Below, one piece after another: positions 39,647 through 49,055 of a DNA stretch of 64,000 bases. The DNA comes from Candidatus Aenigmatarchaeota archaeon. GTDB taxonomy: Archaea; Aenigmatarchaeota; Aenigmatarchaeia; CG10238-14. The stretch spans positions 535,033 through 599,032 of the forward strand of contig JASEGC010000001.1 of assembly GCA_030018415.1 (NCBI GenBank). The letters are read 5' to 3'. The notes below the pieces were generated by a model. The model was given only the letters and a program-made list of their open reading frames with translations, was not told the origin of the DNA and did not search any database. Each line of letters opens with the position of its first letter. The first letter of the stretch is position 1. The position numbers and the translations under genes were made by a program.

Positions 39647-40156
39647 CTATTTAATTTTCCTTTTTTTAAGCCATATGTAAAAAATGACTATTAAAACAAC
39701 AATCATCACTTCTTGCCAAAAAAAAGTATGGATGAATTCTAGGTATTGCATGCCAAAATTTAAACCAACGAGCAATGTAATGAGTACTCTCAGTATGTTG
39801 ATTACGAATAACATCGGAATCCAAACAATGAGAAACCTCAGCTTATCTTTTGTTTTTCCATTTGTGGCGAATACTAAGGCAAAGAGTGAATAAATACTCT
39901 TCCAACCCAAACAATCCATCGAAATATCGATAGGAAACTCGTCTCTACCGATAAAAAGGTAAAATTCACTTATCCTGACTGGGTGGTCCAGTAATTTTAA
40001 AATCGTGGCGATAAAATTCGCAAAAGTTACTTGCAAAGGATAGAAAGATAAGTCAAAATAGATTATCGCATAGAAAGGTATCAACAGCAGGTTGAATTTC
40101 AAGAGAAAAAACAATACTTTGCTTACAATTTCCTTTTTCTGTATGACTCTAACCAT
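39647..40156 (-). CDS. Small archaeosortase/exosortase-family protein (candidate)
   Basis: 169 aa polytopic membrane protein. It carries the family's Cys/Arg/His pattern in the right order and context: DISMDCLGWKS (CxGxxS), VINILRVL (NxxR) and EFIHTFFW (His). Confidence 0.5.
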   Translation of the reverse strand: MVRVIQKKEIVSKVLFFLLKFNLLLIPFYAIIYFDLSFYPLQVTFANFIATILKLLDHPVRISEFYLFIGRDEFPIDISMDCLGWKSIYSLFALVFATNGKTKDKLRFLIVWIPMLFVINILRVLITLLVGLNFGMQYLEFIHTFFWQEVMIVVLIVIFYIWLKKRKIK

Positions 40157-41271
40157 TGAACAAGCCCTATTTTTCTGATATCCATCAATCTATTTTCTAA
40201 CTCATCTCTATCGATGACTAAAGTATCTTTAACTTTCTTGATGGAAATATCTTTTTTAACGATGATCGGAAAATCAACTTTTTCTATGACCCTTTTACTA
40301 GGCTCTACCGAGGTTACCAATGCTTTGATCCTGTAATCATTTAGGATTTGAGCGTTATCAATATTTTCAACAAGGATAATCCTATTCTCAAGGTCGAATG
40401 CATCATTCAAATCTTTGATCGGACCATCCCTTATTTCTTTCACCTCCAAAAGAGGAATATAACCTTCCAATTCTAAGCTTCGAAAAGTTTTCAACATCTC
40501 GATCAAAGATTCTTTTTTCTTCAACTCATCCTTCAGTATATCCAATTCTCTTTTCATTTTTCCCAAGGAATTCAAGTCTATTTTTTCAGTAAGGTTTTTC
40601 CTGTAAAACTCAAACTTTCTTTCATAATCCCTTAACCTATCCTTCAAGCTTTGATTGTATTTTCTCAGTATTGTAACATCTCTTTCTAAACCTTTGATCT
40701 TGTCTTGCAGCCTGTTAATAGTTTTTTGCAAAGACTTCTTTTCATCATCTTCTTTTACACTTATTTCAGGAATCTTCTGTTTTTTCTCAGCCGTCAACTT
40801 GTTAATAGCTTCATTGATGTTCTCGACTTCATTGCGTAGAATCAAATCTACAACCTTCTCATACAACTCAGACAAACCCAAGGATGAGAGTAAATTTTTC
40901 GTTTTCTCGAATAATCTTGAATGAACTTTGAATGCCTTTATTGCTGAAGCTAAAGCATCCTTTTCATGGTCATCCTCAACCCTCTCCACGAATTCGTGAA
41001 CGAGTTCCTCTTTTTCAGAGGTGGACAATGTTTTTGTTGGATGAAACGTCTTACAGCCTAAAGAACTCGCTAACTTCTCCACACTCTTTGGAAGTGGACA
41101 CCTATCTCCCGCTATCATCAACGGTTTACCAATCCTTGTTATGGTATCGACGATTTCACCCTTCTTAAAGCCTCTCTCACTCTTCAGGAATAGAATTTGA
41201 CCTTTTGTATCCAGTATTGCCAAAGCAGCAGTAGTGCCAGGATCATAACCAACTATTATCGGCTTCTTCAC
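40123..41271 (-). CDS. DUF460 (COG2433) protein: RNase-H-like N-domain plus coiled coil
   Basis: 382 aa. The N-terminus IIVGYDPGTTAALAILDTKGQIL is the DUF460 signature. The centre is a coiled coil. It overlaps the XPF gene by 4 nt. Confidence 0.7.
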   Translation of the reverse strand: MKKPIIVGYDPGTTAALAILDTKGQILFLKSERGFKKGEIVDTITRIGKPLMIAGDRCPLPKSVEKLASSLGCKTFHPTKTLSTSEKEELVHEFVERVEDDHEKDALASAIKAFKVHSRLFEKTKNLLSSLGLSELYEKVVDLILRNEVENINEAINKLTAEKKQKIPEISVKEDDEKKSLQKTINRLQDKIKGLERDVTILRKYNQSLKDRLRDYERKFEFYRKNLTEKIDLNSLGKMKRELDILKDELKKKESLIEMLKTFRSLELEGYIPLLEVKEIRDGPIKDLNDAFDLENRIILVENIDNAQILNDYRIKALVTSVEPSKRVIEKVDFPIIVKKDISIKKVKDTLVIDRDELENRLMDIRKIGLVQWLESYRKRKL

Positions 41272-41939
41272 GCATTGCCTCCGTATTCTTCGTTCAACAA
41301 TTTATGTAGACGTTTAGCTAATGTTTTGCCTATACCCTTTACTTTAGATAATTCGCTTTCTTCCGCATTTGCAAAATTCCTGATCGTTTTGAACTTCTCT
41401 AGTATCCTCTTAGACAAAACTACTGAAATTCCAGGTAAACCAGAAATAAAATGTTCTTGTAGATCTTTTAACTTTTTCGGTTTTTTTTCTCCCTTTATCC
41501 CTATTCCTCTTTTTGACACCATTTGCTCTCTCTTCGCTAGCCAGAATATTGTCCTAGCGGTTTCTTCTTCATCTCTAGTCATGATAATAGGAATCTCGTA
41601 ATTGAGGATGATCGTAGCTAAAGCAGCTTTTATAGCATTCTCGTTCATACCGCCTGGATAATAATTGCCTTCAACTAGAATGATGGGTTTGGAAAAATTA
41701 TCTTTCAGTTCTTCTGCTTGTTGGAATAGCCTGCCGTCGACTATAGAAGATATAAAATCGTTTGCCGTCTTCTTTTCCAAACAAACTCTCTCCGAGCAAA
41801 TATAATCTCCTACTTTTAACGGTATCACTTTGACCACAGCGCCTAGATCTTCTAAGTAACTCTTTACAGAACACTTATTCTCCCTGATGTCAGTAATGAT
41901 AACAGGTTTATCTTTTGGTTTTAGGATTCTTTGGATCAT
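41268..41939 (-). CDS. xpf: ERCC4/XPF-family nuclease with C-terminal (HhH)2, short stand-alone form
   Basis: 223 aa. The ERCC4 motifs are VGDYI......LEKKTANDFISSIVDGRLFQQ and ..PIILVEG... The HhH region is LPGISVVLSKRILEKF....NFANAEESELSKVKGIGKTLAKRL. Confidence 0.8.
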   Translation of the reverse strand: MIQRILKPKDKPVIITDIRENKCSVKSYLEDLGAVVKVIPLKVGDYICSERVCLEKKTANDFISSIVDGRLFQQAEELKDNFSKPIILVEGNYYPGGMNENAIKAALATIILNYEIPIIMTRDEEETARTIFWLAKREQMVSKRGIGIKGEKKPKKLKDLQEHFISGLPGISVVLSKRILEKFKTIRNFANAEESELSKVKGIGKTLAKRLHKLLNEEYGGNA

Positions 41940-42213
41940 CGATACACACTCTATATTTTCATTAAAGGAATTAATATCTTAAAATTAATGAGCGAAGGTA
42001 GGCGGAGAAATTTTTGCGAGCCAGAATATGTTATTTTTTTCATACGCTTATATGGATTTCTTCTGAATAAAAAACTGTCTAATTCCATTGATTGAAAGAT
42101 TTAAAAATCAAAATCCAAATTAGTATCATGACGACACCTAGGATAAACCTGTTTTTTCCTTTATTAATTTTCTTCTTGATTAGTTTTTTGTTCCACTATT
42201 CGTTATCTGGTTA

Positions 42214-42534
42214 ATGCTAAGGTTTGAGAAAATTAAAATAAAAATATCTAGATTTTTTAAATCAACTTTTATCTACATAATCGTGTTTGAGGTGACAGAA
42301 CTGATTCTATTTATTGTTACTACTTTTGTTACAGAGGCAATTTTTAGAGACGATCTTTTACTTTTATTTTTGTTATATGGAATTTTTTCATTTGTAGGAA
42401 TATTTCTAATTTTTAAGACGTTAATGCCCTGGCTAATGGATTTAGATAAGAAAAAAGTGAATAAATATGCTTTAATCATGAGTATAGTGACCAATCCAGG
42501 TTTTGCACTTATTGTATTAAATTTCTTTTTCTGA
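42214..42534 (+). CDS. Small membrane protein, unknown
   Basis: 106 aa with three hydrophobic helices and no recognisable motif. Confidence 0.35.
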   Translation: MLRFEKIKIKISRFFKSTFIYIIVFEVTELILFIVTTFVTEAIFRDDLLLLFLLYGIFSFVGIFLIFKTLMPWLMDLDKKKVNKYALIMSIVTNPGFALIVLNFFF

Positions 42535-42735
42535 CGATCAGAACAATAAAATCCCCAACTTTTAGGATATCAATTTAACTAATGCACCCAAGCTTTCTAG
42601 ATCTTTCACGGAGGAATTGGTCTCTCTACGATCGATTAGTATGATGAGTTTCTTGCTGAGTTTGAGGATTGTTTGCATCTATTCACATTATTTAATCGTA
42701 AAAGATAATTTATTTATAAGATTGAAAGTGAAACC

Positions 42736-43314
42736 ATGAGGCTCAAACATTTTATTCTATTATTTTTGATTCTGTCGATGACAACAGTAACTTCACAAAA
42801 CGTAGCCATAATCACATTTTCTATGCCAAGATCTTATGATGTTTATCAGGATGGAGATAATACATTTATGATAACAGTAAAGAATGAGGGATTTGTAACT
42901 CTTCACAACGTTACTGTTCTTTTGTCTGGTATAACAGAAGATTCTTATTCAATTCAACCAAGCTCCGTTGATACCTTGGAAATAGGTCAATCCACTCATT
43001 TCTCAGTTTCAATGGACCCTAAAAAAATCAATCCCGGAGTCTATTCTTTATCAGTAACGATGAAGAGTGATGAAACATCCGAACTCGTTATGATGACTTT
43101 GAATGTCAAGGAAACTACGAGGGAAATAGGAGAGATGATAAAGAGGCATGAAGAGGCTAAGCGAGCATTAGAAACAATGAAGAACACTTTGATAGGTATA
43201 ATGGTATTATCCGGTTTTATCTTGATAATCACTGGTATAAGGTTCTTCTTTAAATCGAGTTACCTGAAAGAAAAGAATAAATGTGATAAAGGACTAATAG
43301 AATATGAGGACTAA
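42736..43314 (+). CDS. Small Ig-like (NEW3/CARDB-like) surface protein with C-terminal TM anchor
   Basis: 192 aa with a signal peptide. The segment ..FMITVKNEGFVTLHNVTVLLSGI....YSIQPSSVDTLEIGQSTHFSVSM....NPGVYSLSVTM.. is paralogous to the 159-aa protein and to the N-domain of the 624-aa protein. Confidence 0.55.
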   Translation: MRLKHFILLFLILSMTTVTSQNVAIITFSMPRSYDVYQDGDNTFMITVKNEGFVTLHNVTVLLSGITEDSYSIQPSSVDTLEIGQSTHFSVSMDPKKINPGVYSLSVTMKSDETSELVMMTLNVKETTREIGEMIKRHEEAKRALETMKNTLIGIMVLSGFILIITGIRFFFKSSYLKEKNKCDKGLIEYED

Positions 43315-43699
43315 CATGAAGATTGGATTGAAGATTGTCTCGACGTTTGTATTTGTAATACTGGGAATCTTCATCATAGCATTCTTCGCTCAATACATAA
43401 CTACAGGCACGAATTTCTTCGAAACCTTAGGGATGATTTTCAGTGAGAAATGCCGAGCCTCTCTCTCATTAGAGACTGTGAGTGGTTGCACGATGAAGGC
43501 AAGAATTCTATCTTCAAACTGTCTCGGTAAAGAATACAAGATAAGTGAAGATTCTTGCTCTAGCGATGCAAGATGTTATGGCACGATAAACTACGATTCT
43601 TTCCAGGCTAGTTGTGCTTGGACTGATTTGTCTGGTAGTCATGATTATATCCTTTGCGTTGATGGTAAAAAAAAGGATTCTAAATCCATAACTTGCTAG
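43304..43699 (+). CDS. N-terminally anchored Cys-rich protein, unknown
   Basis: 131 aa with a TM helix followed by 10 Cys. It overlaps the preceding gene by 11 nt. Confidence 0.45.
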   Translation: MRTNMKIGLKIVSTFVFVILGIFIIAFFAQYITTGTNFFETLGMIFSEKCRASLSLETVSGCTMKARILSSNCLGKEYKISEDSCSSDARCYGTINYDSFQASCAWTDLSGSHDYILCVDGKKKDSKSITC

Positions 43700-45253
43700 C
43701 TATTTGATCCAGTCCATCAATGTCTTATTCTCTAAACCCCTTTCTTTCATATCGTACAATATTCTCTTCATTCTTCGTTCTCTATGTACTGCACTCCAAT
43801 AATAACTCTCATCCCTAGTGCCTTTAGTTATTAAAAATATAACTCTTCCTGGGACTTGCCTTCCAACGCGCCCCCTACGCTGAATAAGGCGTATCTCTGA
43901 ACTAACTTCATCGTAAAAAATTGCCACATCCGTCGCAACAACATCCAAGCCTTCTTCGCCAATACTGGTTGATACGAGGACGTTAAATAATTCATATCTA
44001 AATTCATTGAGAATCTCGATCTGTTCTTTCTGTTTTAATCCTTTACCGCCTTTTATCGTCTGACCAATAAATTCTCTTGCTTCTATCCCATTTGATTGTA
44101 ACATCTTTACAATCTTCTCAACGCTGGATCGATAATTCGCAAAAGTTATGATTTTTGTGTTGGGTTTTTTCCTTATTTCTTCTTTTATTATCTCGATCAA
44201 TTTCTCTTGTTTAGGATGTTCTACTCCCTTGATGAATAATTCTTTCGTTTCTTTTATCGCATTTATTACGTCTGAGTCATTAAGTAAGTTTCTTGTCGCG
44301 TATGATTTCTTACTTTTCTCCAGGTCGAGAAAATACTTGTACAGAGGAGTAATGCCCTGCGTTTCCAGCAATTCCATGGCATGTTCTATCTTAATGGCTT
44401 GTGCGCAAGTTGTCAAAGCTCTAGCAACCATGAAGTCTCTTGTCTGTTCATACATTTTACCTATCTCTTTCTGCAACTCAAGCAATTCTCTCTTCATCGT
44501 TTTTATTGAAAATATGAGCTTTGAGCTGATAAGCCATTCTAACCTCTTTTTGTAAGCTTTTTCCAAGTATCTTCTTACCCTTTGCAATTCTTCCGGCAAT
44601 TCAACATAAACTCTCTCTATTTTCATCTCTTGGATGTATGGCTTTACATCTTCGTCTTTCTCAGTCCTTATTTCTACTGCCTCTATGTGTAGGTTTTTCT
44701 TGACTTCTTCTATCTTATCCCTAATTCCGCCAGGAGAAGCTGTTAATCCGAGGATTAATGGGTTAGAAGATTGTTTGATGTAATAATCAGCCACGAAAGT
44801 ATAGGAATACCGCTTGACTGAACGATGAGTTTCATCTACTATCAATAAATTGTAAGGAGCCAAATGAAGAATTTTATTTTCGATGTCGTTCTGAATGCAT
44901 TGTGGAGTCGATACTACTACTCTCGCTCTTTCATACAAAACTTTCCTATCTTCAGGTCTAACTTTTCCAGTTATGAGTATTATCTCTTTTGGATCAATGT
45001 TTAGGTAGTGCTGGAAAGTCTTTTGATGTTGCGCAGATAAAGGTCGCGTAGGTGCAATCATGAGGACTTTGCTGTTTGGTTTTTCATACAATCTATGAGC
45101 AGCGACCATTATCCCCACCAAAGTCTTACCCATACCAGTTGGAAGCACGACTAAGCAATTTTTCTTTATCGCTGTAGTTGCTATCGTTTCCTGGTAGAGT
45201 CTTGGTTTTAATGTATTAGGTTTGATTAGAGGATGCTCTATGAATCTTTCCAT
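43700..45253 (-). CDS. hef: Hef/FANCM-type SF2 helicase, helicase portion only with no nuclease domain
   Basis: 517 aa. It contains PRLYQE, Walker A LPTGMGKT, the DEAH box IVDETH, the inserted helical domain and motif VI QRRGRVGR. It ends about 40 aa after motif VI. Confidence 0.85.
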   Translation of the reverse strand: MERFIEHPLIKPNTLKPRLYQETIATTAIKKNCLVVLPTGMGKTLVGIMVAAHRLYEKPNSKVLMIAPTRPLSAQHQKTFQHYLNIDPKEIILITGKVRPEDRKVLYERARVVVSTPQCIQNDIENKILHLAPYNLLIVDETHRSVKRYSYTFVADYYIKQSSNPLILGLTASPGGIRDKIEEVKKNLHIEAVEIRTEKDEDVKPYIQEMKIERVYVELPEELQRVRRYLEKAYKKRLEWLISSKLIFSIKTMKRELLELQKEIGKMYEQTRDFMVARALTTCAQAIKIEHAMELLETQGITPLYKYFLDLEKSKKSYATRNLLNDSDVINAIKETKELFIKGVEHPKQEKLIEIIKEEIRKKPNTKIITFANYRSSVEKIVKMLQSNGIEAREFIGQTIKGGKGLKQKEQIEILNEFRYELFNVLVSTSIGEEGLDVVATDVAIFYDEVSSEIRLIQRRGRVGRQVPGRVIFLITKGTRDESYYWSAVHRERRMKRILYDMKERGLENKTLMDWIK

Positions 45254-45612
45254 ACCACCACTTCAGTACTATTTATGAATTTTAGTTGTTCCATACCATC
45301 AAGAATTTTATTCTATAAAGATTTACTCTTAAGTTTATCTTTTCTTTTTTCTCCCTAACAAATAAAAATTTCATTCTATTATAAATCCAAGAAATTAAAG
45401 AAGAATGAATAAGACAAAACAAAATCAAATAAAAAAGTAGGAGCATGACCTAAAAAACCTTCTGGCAAATCCCACATCATGTATTTTGTTATAAAAAAGA
45501 ACAGCAGGCATGATTACTTGATTGGGATAAAGAAGAAAATCAATAAGAATAAAATAATCTTCATCAGGATTGGTTTCATAGACAAGATTTGTTTTTTTGA
45601 GGATAAAAATCT

Positions 45613-46048
45613 TCAATCTATTCTTTTGGACATTACCCTCTTCTTTTTACTTCCAGCTATTTCTTTAAAACCATTTTTTATGTGGAAGAAAGAAGCTTCA
45701 TAATTTCTACTTTCTTTGTCGTCACCCAAAATACCTTGTGGTCAAGATAATCGAAGAGAAGCCAGACTTCTTCGCTTCGTCTTCAAATTTCTTTAATAGG
45801 GTACTTGCAATTCTTTTTTTCTTTCATCTTGTTCAACTGCTATTGGGCCTAGGCAAATTATCTTCGTCCCATTTTCCACCCATCACAAATCCTATTTTTC
45901 CATTCTTTTTAAGAACGAAGCAGTGATTTGGAGAATGGTAAAATTGTTGTTCTAATTCTTTCTTAGCTTCATCTACATTCATAACAAATTTTGGTGCGAA
46001 AGCATTAGCCCATATAGATACTGCTCCATCTAAATCTTTTTCGTCCAT
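45613..46048 (-). pseudogene. GNAT-family N-acetyltransferase, frameshifted at least twice
   Basis: Frame 1 gives MDEKDLDGAVSIWANAF...HCFVLKKNGKIGFVMGGKWDEDN. A shift then gives LGPIAVEQDERKK. A second shift at an A7 run gives (G)IASTLLKKFEDEAKKSGFSSIILTT...FHIKNGFKEI. Together these make the acetyl-CoA motif A. Confidence 0.55.
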
Positions 46049-46137
46049 TCTTCTGATTTTTCAAACATTTGAGAATTCTCTAAATACCGTACTTAATTTT
46101 TTTAAATGTTTTATTTTTATATTTCTCTTTATTTTTT

Positions 46138-47109
46138 ATGTATAACACAGTGATAGTAGGAGGAACTTTTGATAGATTTCATGTTGGACATGAAGCTTTC
46201 TTGGATAAAGCTTTCCAATCTGCTAAAAAAGTACTGATAGGCTTGACGACTCATTCTATGTTAAAAAAGATAGTATTCCAAAACTCTATCTGGCCATACG
46301 AAAGAAGAAAAAAAGCTGTAGAAGATTTTGTAAAAAAATATGGAAAGGAATTCGTGATTTTTTCTATTGAAGACATATTTGGACCTTCTATTGAGATAGA
46401 AGATTTGGATGCTATAGTCGCGACAGAAGAAACTAGGCAAACTTGTGAAAGAATTAATCAAATAAGAAAAAGAAAGGGATTAAAACCTTTAGAAATAATC
46501 CACGTTCCTTACGTTTATTCAGAAGATTGTAGAGTTATTTCTTCATCTAGAATAAGGAAGGAGGAGATAGATAGAGAAGGAAGAGTGCTCGTCGATTACT
46601 TAATTACTGAAAGACTAAAGGAAGAGTTGAGGAGGCCATCTGGCAAAATCTTCGAGGGAGATAACGTTACCGTAACGAAAGATTTGATATCTTACATCCA
46701 AGAAGAGGGTTTTAAAGACGTTGTCTGTATTGGGGATGAAGTAGTTCATGATTTGTTGAGTCTAGGCTTTAAACCAAAGAACATTATCGTTGATGGAAAA
46801 GTAATGAGAAAGCCGATAGATTACTTGGGTGATATACTCAAGCCTTACGCAAAAAAATTCAAGTTGAAGAACCCAGCAGGCTTTATATCAAGGCATGCAT
46901 GGAAAACTATAAAAGAAGCTTTGGAAAAAGAGAGTGCAGTACTCGTGAAGGGCGAAGAAGATCTTCTAACTATCCCAACTCTTCTACTCGCAAAAAACAA
47001 CATAGCAATAATCTATGGTCAGCCTGGTAGAGGCAAAGTAATAATAAAAGTAGATGATGAAAAGAAAGAAAATTGGAGAAAAAGATTAGCAGAATTCGAA
47101 ACTGCTTAA
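46138..47109 (+). CDS. Fusion of archaeal phosphopantetheine adenylyltransferase (N) and GTP-dependent dephospho-CoA kinase, DUF359 type (C)
   Basis: 323 aa. The N-terminal half has VIVGGTFDRFHVGHEAFL...ISSSRIR, the cytidylyltransferase/PPAT signature. The C-terminal half has VVCIGDEV...IIVDGK..R......NPAG.I.......VKGEEDLLTIP......IIYGQPGRGKV, the DUF359 signature. Confidence 0.8.
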   Translation: MYNTVIVGGTFDRFHVGHEAFLDKAFQSAKKVLIGLTTHSMLKKIVFQNSIWPYERRKKAVEDFVKKYGKEFVIFSIEDIFGPSIEIEDLDAIVATEETRQTCERINQIRKRKGLKPLEIIHVPYVYSEDCRVISSSRIRKEEIDREGRVLVDYLITERLKEELRRPSGKIFEGDNVTVTKDLISYIQEEGFKDVVCIGDEVVHDLLSLGFKPKNIIVDGKVMRKPIDYLGDILKPYAKKFKLKNPAGFISRHAWKTIKEALEKESAVLVKGEEDLLTIPTLLLAKNNIAIIYGQPGRGKVIIKVDDEKKENWRKRLAEFETA

Positions 47110-47495
47110 AATTTTATCTAGAAAAACAAATTATTCATTGAAAGACAATGAAAAAATCAATTACTCCAGTTTTTTATATCTTTCCTTTTATTAATTTCAA
47201 TTTCTTTAGCTCTATCTTTTAAAGAAATTCCTTCGGGTATTGTTTCTAGCTTCTTCAATACTCTTATAAGAAGTTTATGGACATCCTTCGGTTACTGTTT
47301 ATCCAACAACTTGTGATTCTCGATGTAAATCACAAAGATATACTTCTGGGAGTTGTAGAGCAGGAACTTCTCTTATTGGGATGGAAGGAGCAAATATGCC
47401 AGCAAATCAACTCATTTCAGGATCTTCTACATATCCTATAGCTTATTGGTTATATCCAGGAACAGGTTATGCCTGGAAAAAATTGAATTTAAAAA

Positions 47496-47918
47496 CTATT
47501 CTCCTATAACTGTCACGGTAACTTCTCTTCTTCTTGGCTCTAACAGCTCTAGTAAAAATACTTGTTGCCATGTCCCCAAAAAAAGTCTTCCATCTTTTAC
47601 TGGTATCGCTAAGTTAGAGTTTCCAAGCAACTGATTTTTTATATGGCTTGCTGCGTTAATAACTCCTTCATAATTGTGCCGATACTTTCTGTTCAAAGGA
47701 ACCAATTCTTCTATGATCTCTTTCGTGTCTTCATGTATGCTTGAGTCATCTTCTTGTAGGATAACTGTTGCAGTGTTGTGTGCTGCGTTGACGAAAACGA
47801 TGCCATCTTTGATCTTAGATTTATTCACTATATCTTGCACTCTATCAGTGATGTTTATGTACTGAAAGTTCTTCTGTGTTTTTAACTCTATACTGTCTCG
47901 ATAGAATTTCATCTGCAC
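47496..47918 (-). CDS. yjbQ: YjbQ/UPF0047 family protein (secondary thiamine-phosphate synthase family)
   Basis: 140 aa with AHNTATVILQEDD....D........P....YRHNYEG..NAASHIKNQLLGNS..IPV.DGRL.LGTWQQVFLLE....RRR.V.V. Confidence 0.8.
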   Translation of the reverse strand: MQMKFYRDSIELKTQKNFQYINITDRVQDIVNKSKIKDGIVFVNAAHNTATVILQEDDSSIHEDTKEIIEELVPLNRKYRHNYEGVINAASHIKNQLLGNSNLAIPVKDGRLFLGTWQQVFLLELLEPRRREVTVTVIGE

Positions 47919-48190
47919 TCACTCAAAACTTTTTCTATAGCTTTTTTAAGGAAGAGTTGCTGAGTCAAGCCTATAAACCTCTCCCTTTCTTTACCATCAC
48001 ACTCGATGATTATAGTGGGCAATTCTCTGATCTTGTACTTGGATACTTGTCCTTCGTTTTCCTTCGCGTACAAATATTCGAATTCGACCCTCCCCCTGAA
48101 CCTGTTCTCCAATTCTTTCACTAACGAGGTCTGAAGATCAGATGTCCCAGAATTTTCCTCTAAAAAATTCTTAACGAGCACTCTTGGCAT
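47909..48190 (-). CDS. Small thioredoxin-fold-like protein without CxxC (tentative)
   Basis: 93 aa. The length and the ..LPTIII......ERFIG.. pattern resemble a thioredoxin-like fold, but there is no redox motif. Confidence 0.3.
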   Translation of the reverse strand: MPRVLVKNFLEENSGTSDLQTSLVKELENRFRGRVEFEYLYAKENEGQVSKYKIRELPTIIIECDGKERERFIGLTQQLFLKKAIEKVLSECR

Positions 48191-48272
48191 CTTATCACTT
48201 AATTATTTGTACACCAAATTTAAAAATTCAGATTCTGTAAAACTTATATTGCGAGTCTTTAAATTAATAATC

Positions 48273-49055
48273 ATGGTAACAGAAGAAATTCCTCTAAAAG
48301 AAGAGCATTCGTCCATCAAGGAGTTTACAGCGACTGACCAAACCTTTAAAGAGATCATGGAAAAGTCTGTTGGGCCAGAAATTAAAAAAATAGACAGAGT
48401 CCCATCTGGTATTCCTGGATTGGATGAGCTGATAGAAGGGGGTTTTGTTCAGAATTCCGTCATCATGGTTGCTGGAGAGTCAGGGACTGGAAAGACCATC
48501 TTTTGTACTCAATTCATCTGGAATGCTCTATGCATAGGTGATAACGGTGTTTATGTTACATTACAACAAACTGCTGATGAAGTAAGAGACGATGTTGCCA
48601 TGTTTGGTCGTGACTTCAGGAGAGCAGAAGAACTCAACCAATGCAGGATCATTTTTATCGAGCCGCAAGACATCAAAAAAATCATACAAATAATCCTGAA
48701 GAATGTCAAAGAAATTAAGGCTAAAAGATTGGCAATAGATTCTATTTCAATGATATGTGAGTATGCTGAAAAGCGTAGAGATATAAGGTACAATCTAGGT
48801 TATCTGCTCAGGCAACTCAAAAAAATGGGTGTAACTACAGTAATATCTTCTGAAGTCGAAGAGGGCTCGAACTTGTTAAGCAGGTATGGCATCGAAGAAT
48901 TCCTTGTTGATGGTGTTATCGTTCTGAAATGCGGAGTGGACGTGGTTGGCGGAAAACCCAGAAGCTTGTATATCAAGAAGATGAGGAGAACTAAGCACGA
49001 TTTAAATACTCATCCTTTTGAGATAACGGAAAGAGGCATAAGGATTATTGAATAG
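48273..49055 (+). CDS. KaiC/RadA-like single-domain RecA-superfamily ATPase
   Basis: The segment VPSGIPGLDELIEGGFVQNSVIMVAGESGTGKTIFCTQF provides Walker A, and RLAIDSIS provides Walker B. I chose the ATG at 48273; the ORF track begins at an upstream TTG at 48207. Confidence 0.8.
   Translation: MVTEEIPLKEEHSSIKEFTATDQTFKEIMEKSVGPEIKKIDRVPSGIPGLDELIEGGFVQNSVIMVAGESGTGKTIFCTQFIWNALCIGDNGVYVTLQQTADEVRDDVAMFGRDFRRAEELNQCRIIFIEPQDIKKIIQIILKNVKEIKAKRLAIDSISMICEYAEKRRDIRYNLGYLLRQLKKMGVTTVISSEVEEGSNLLSRYGIEEFLVDGVIVLKCGVDVVGGKPRSLYIKKMRRTKHDLNTHPFEITERGIRIIE

Noticed and set aside
38806-39654. 282-aa plus-strand ORF opposite the coiled-coil gene
   Set aside because: It is the antisense shadow of a K/E-rich coiled-coil gene, since GAA/AAG codons read as TTC/CTT. 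The product is an implausible poly-Ser/Phe/Leu sequence.
45425-45616. 63-aa minus-strand ORF downstream of the GNAT remnant
   Set aside because: It has no motif and an implausible composition, and it lies in the AT-rich tail region after the reconstructed GNAT stop. I treat it as non-coding.
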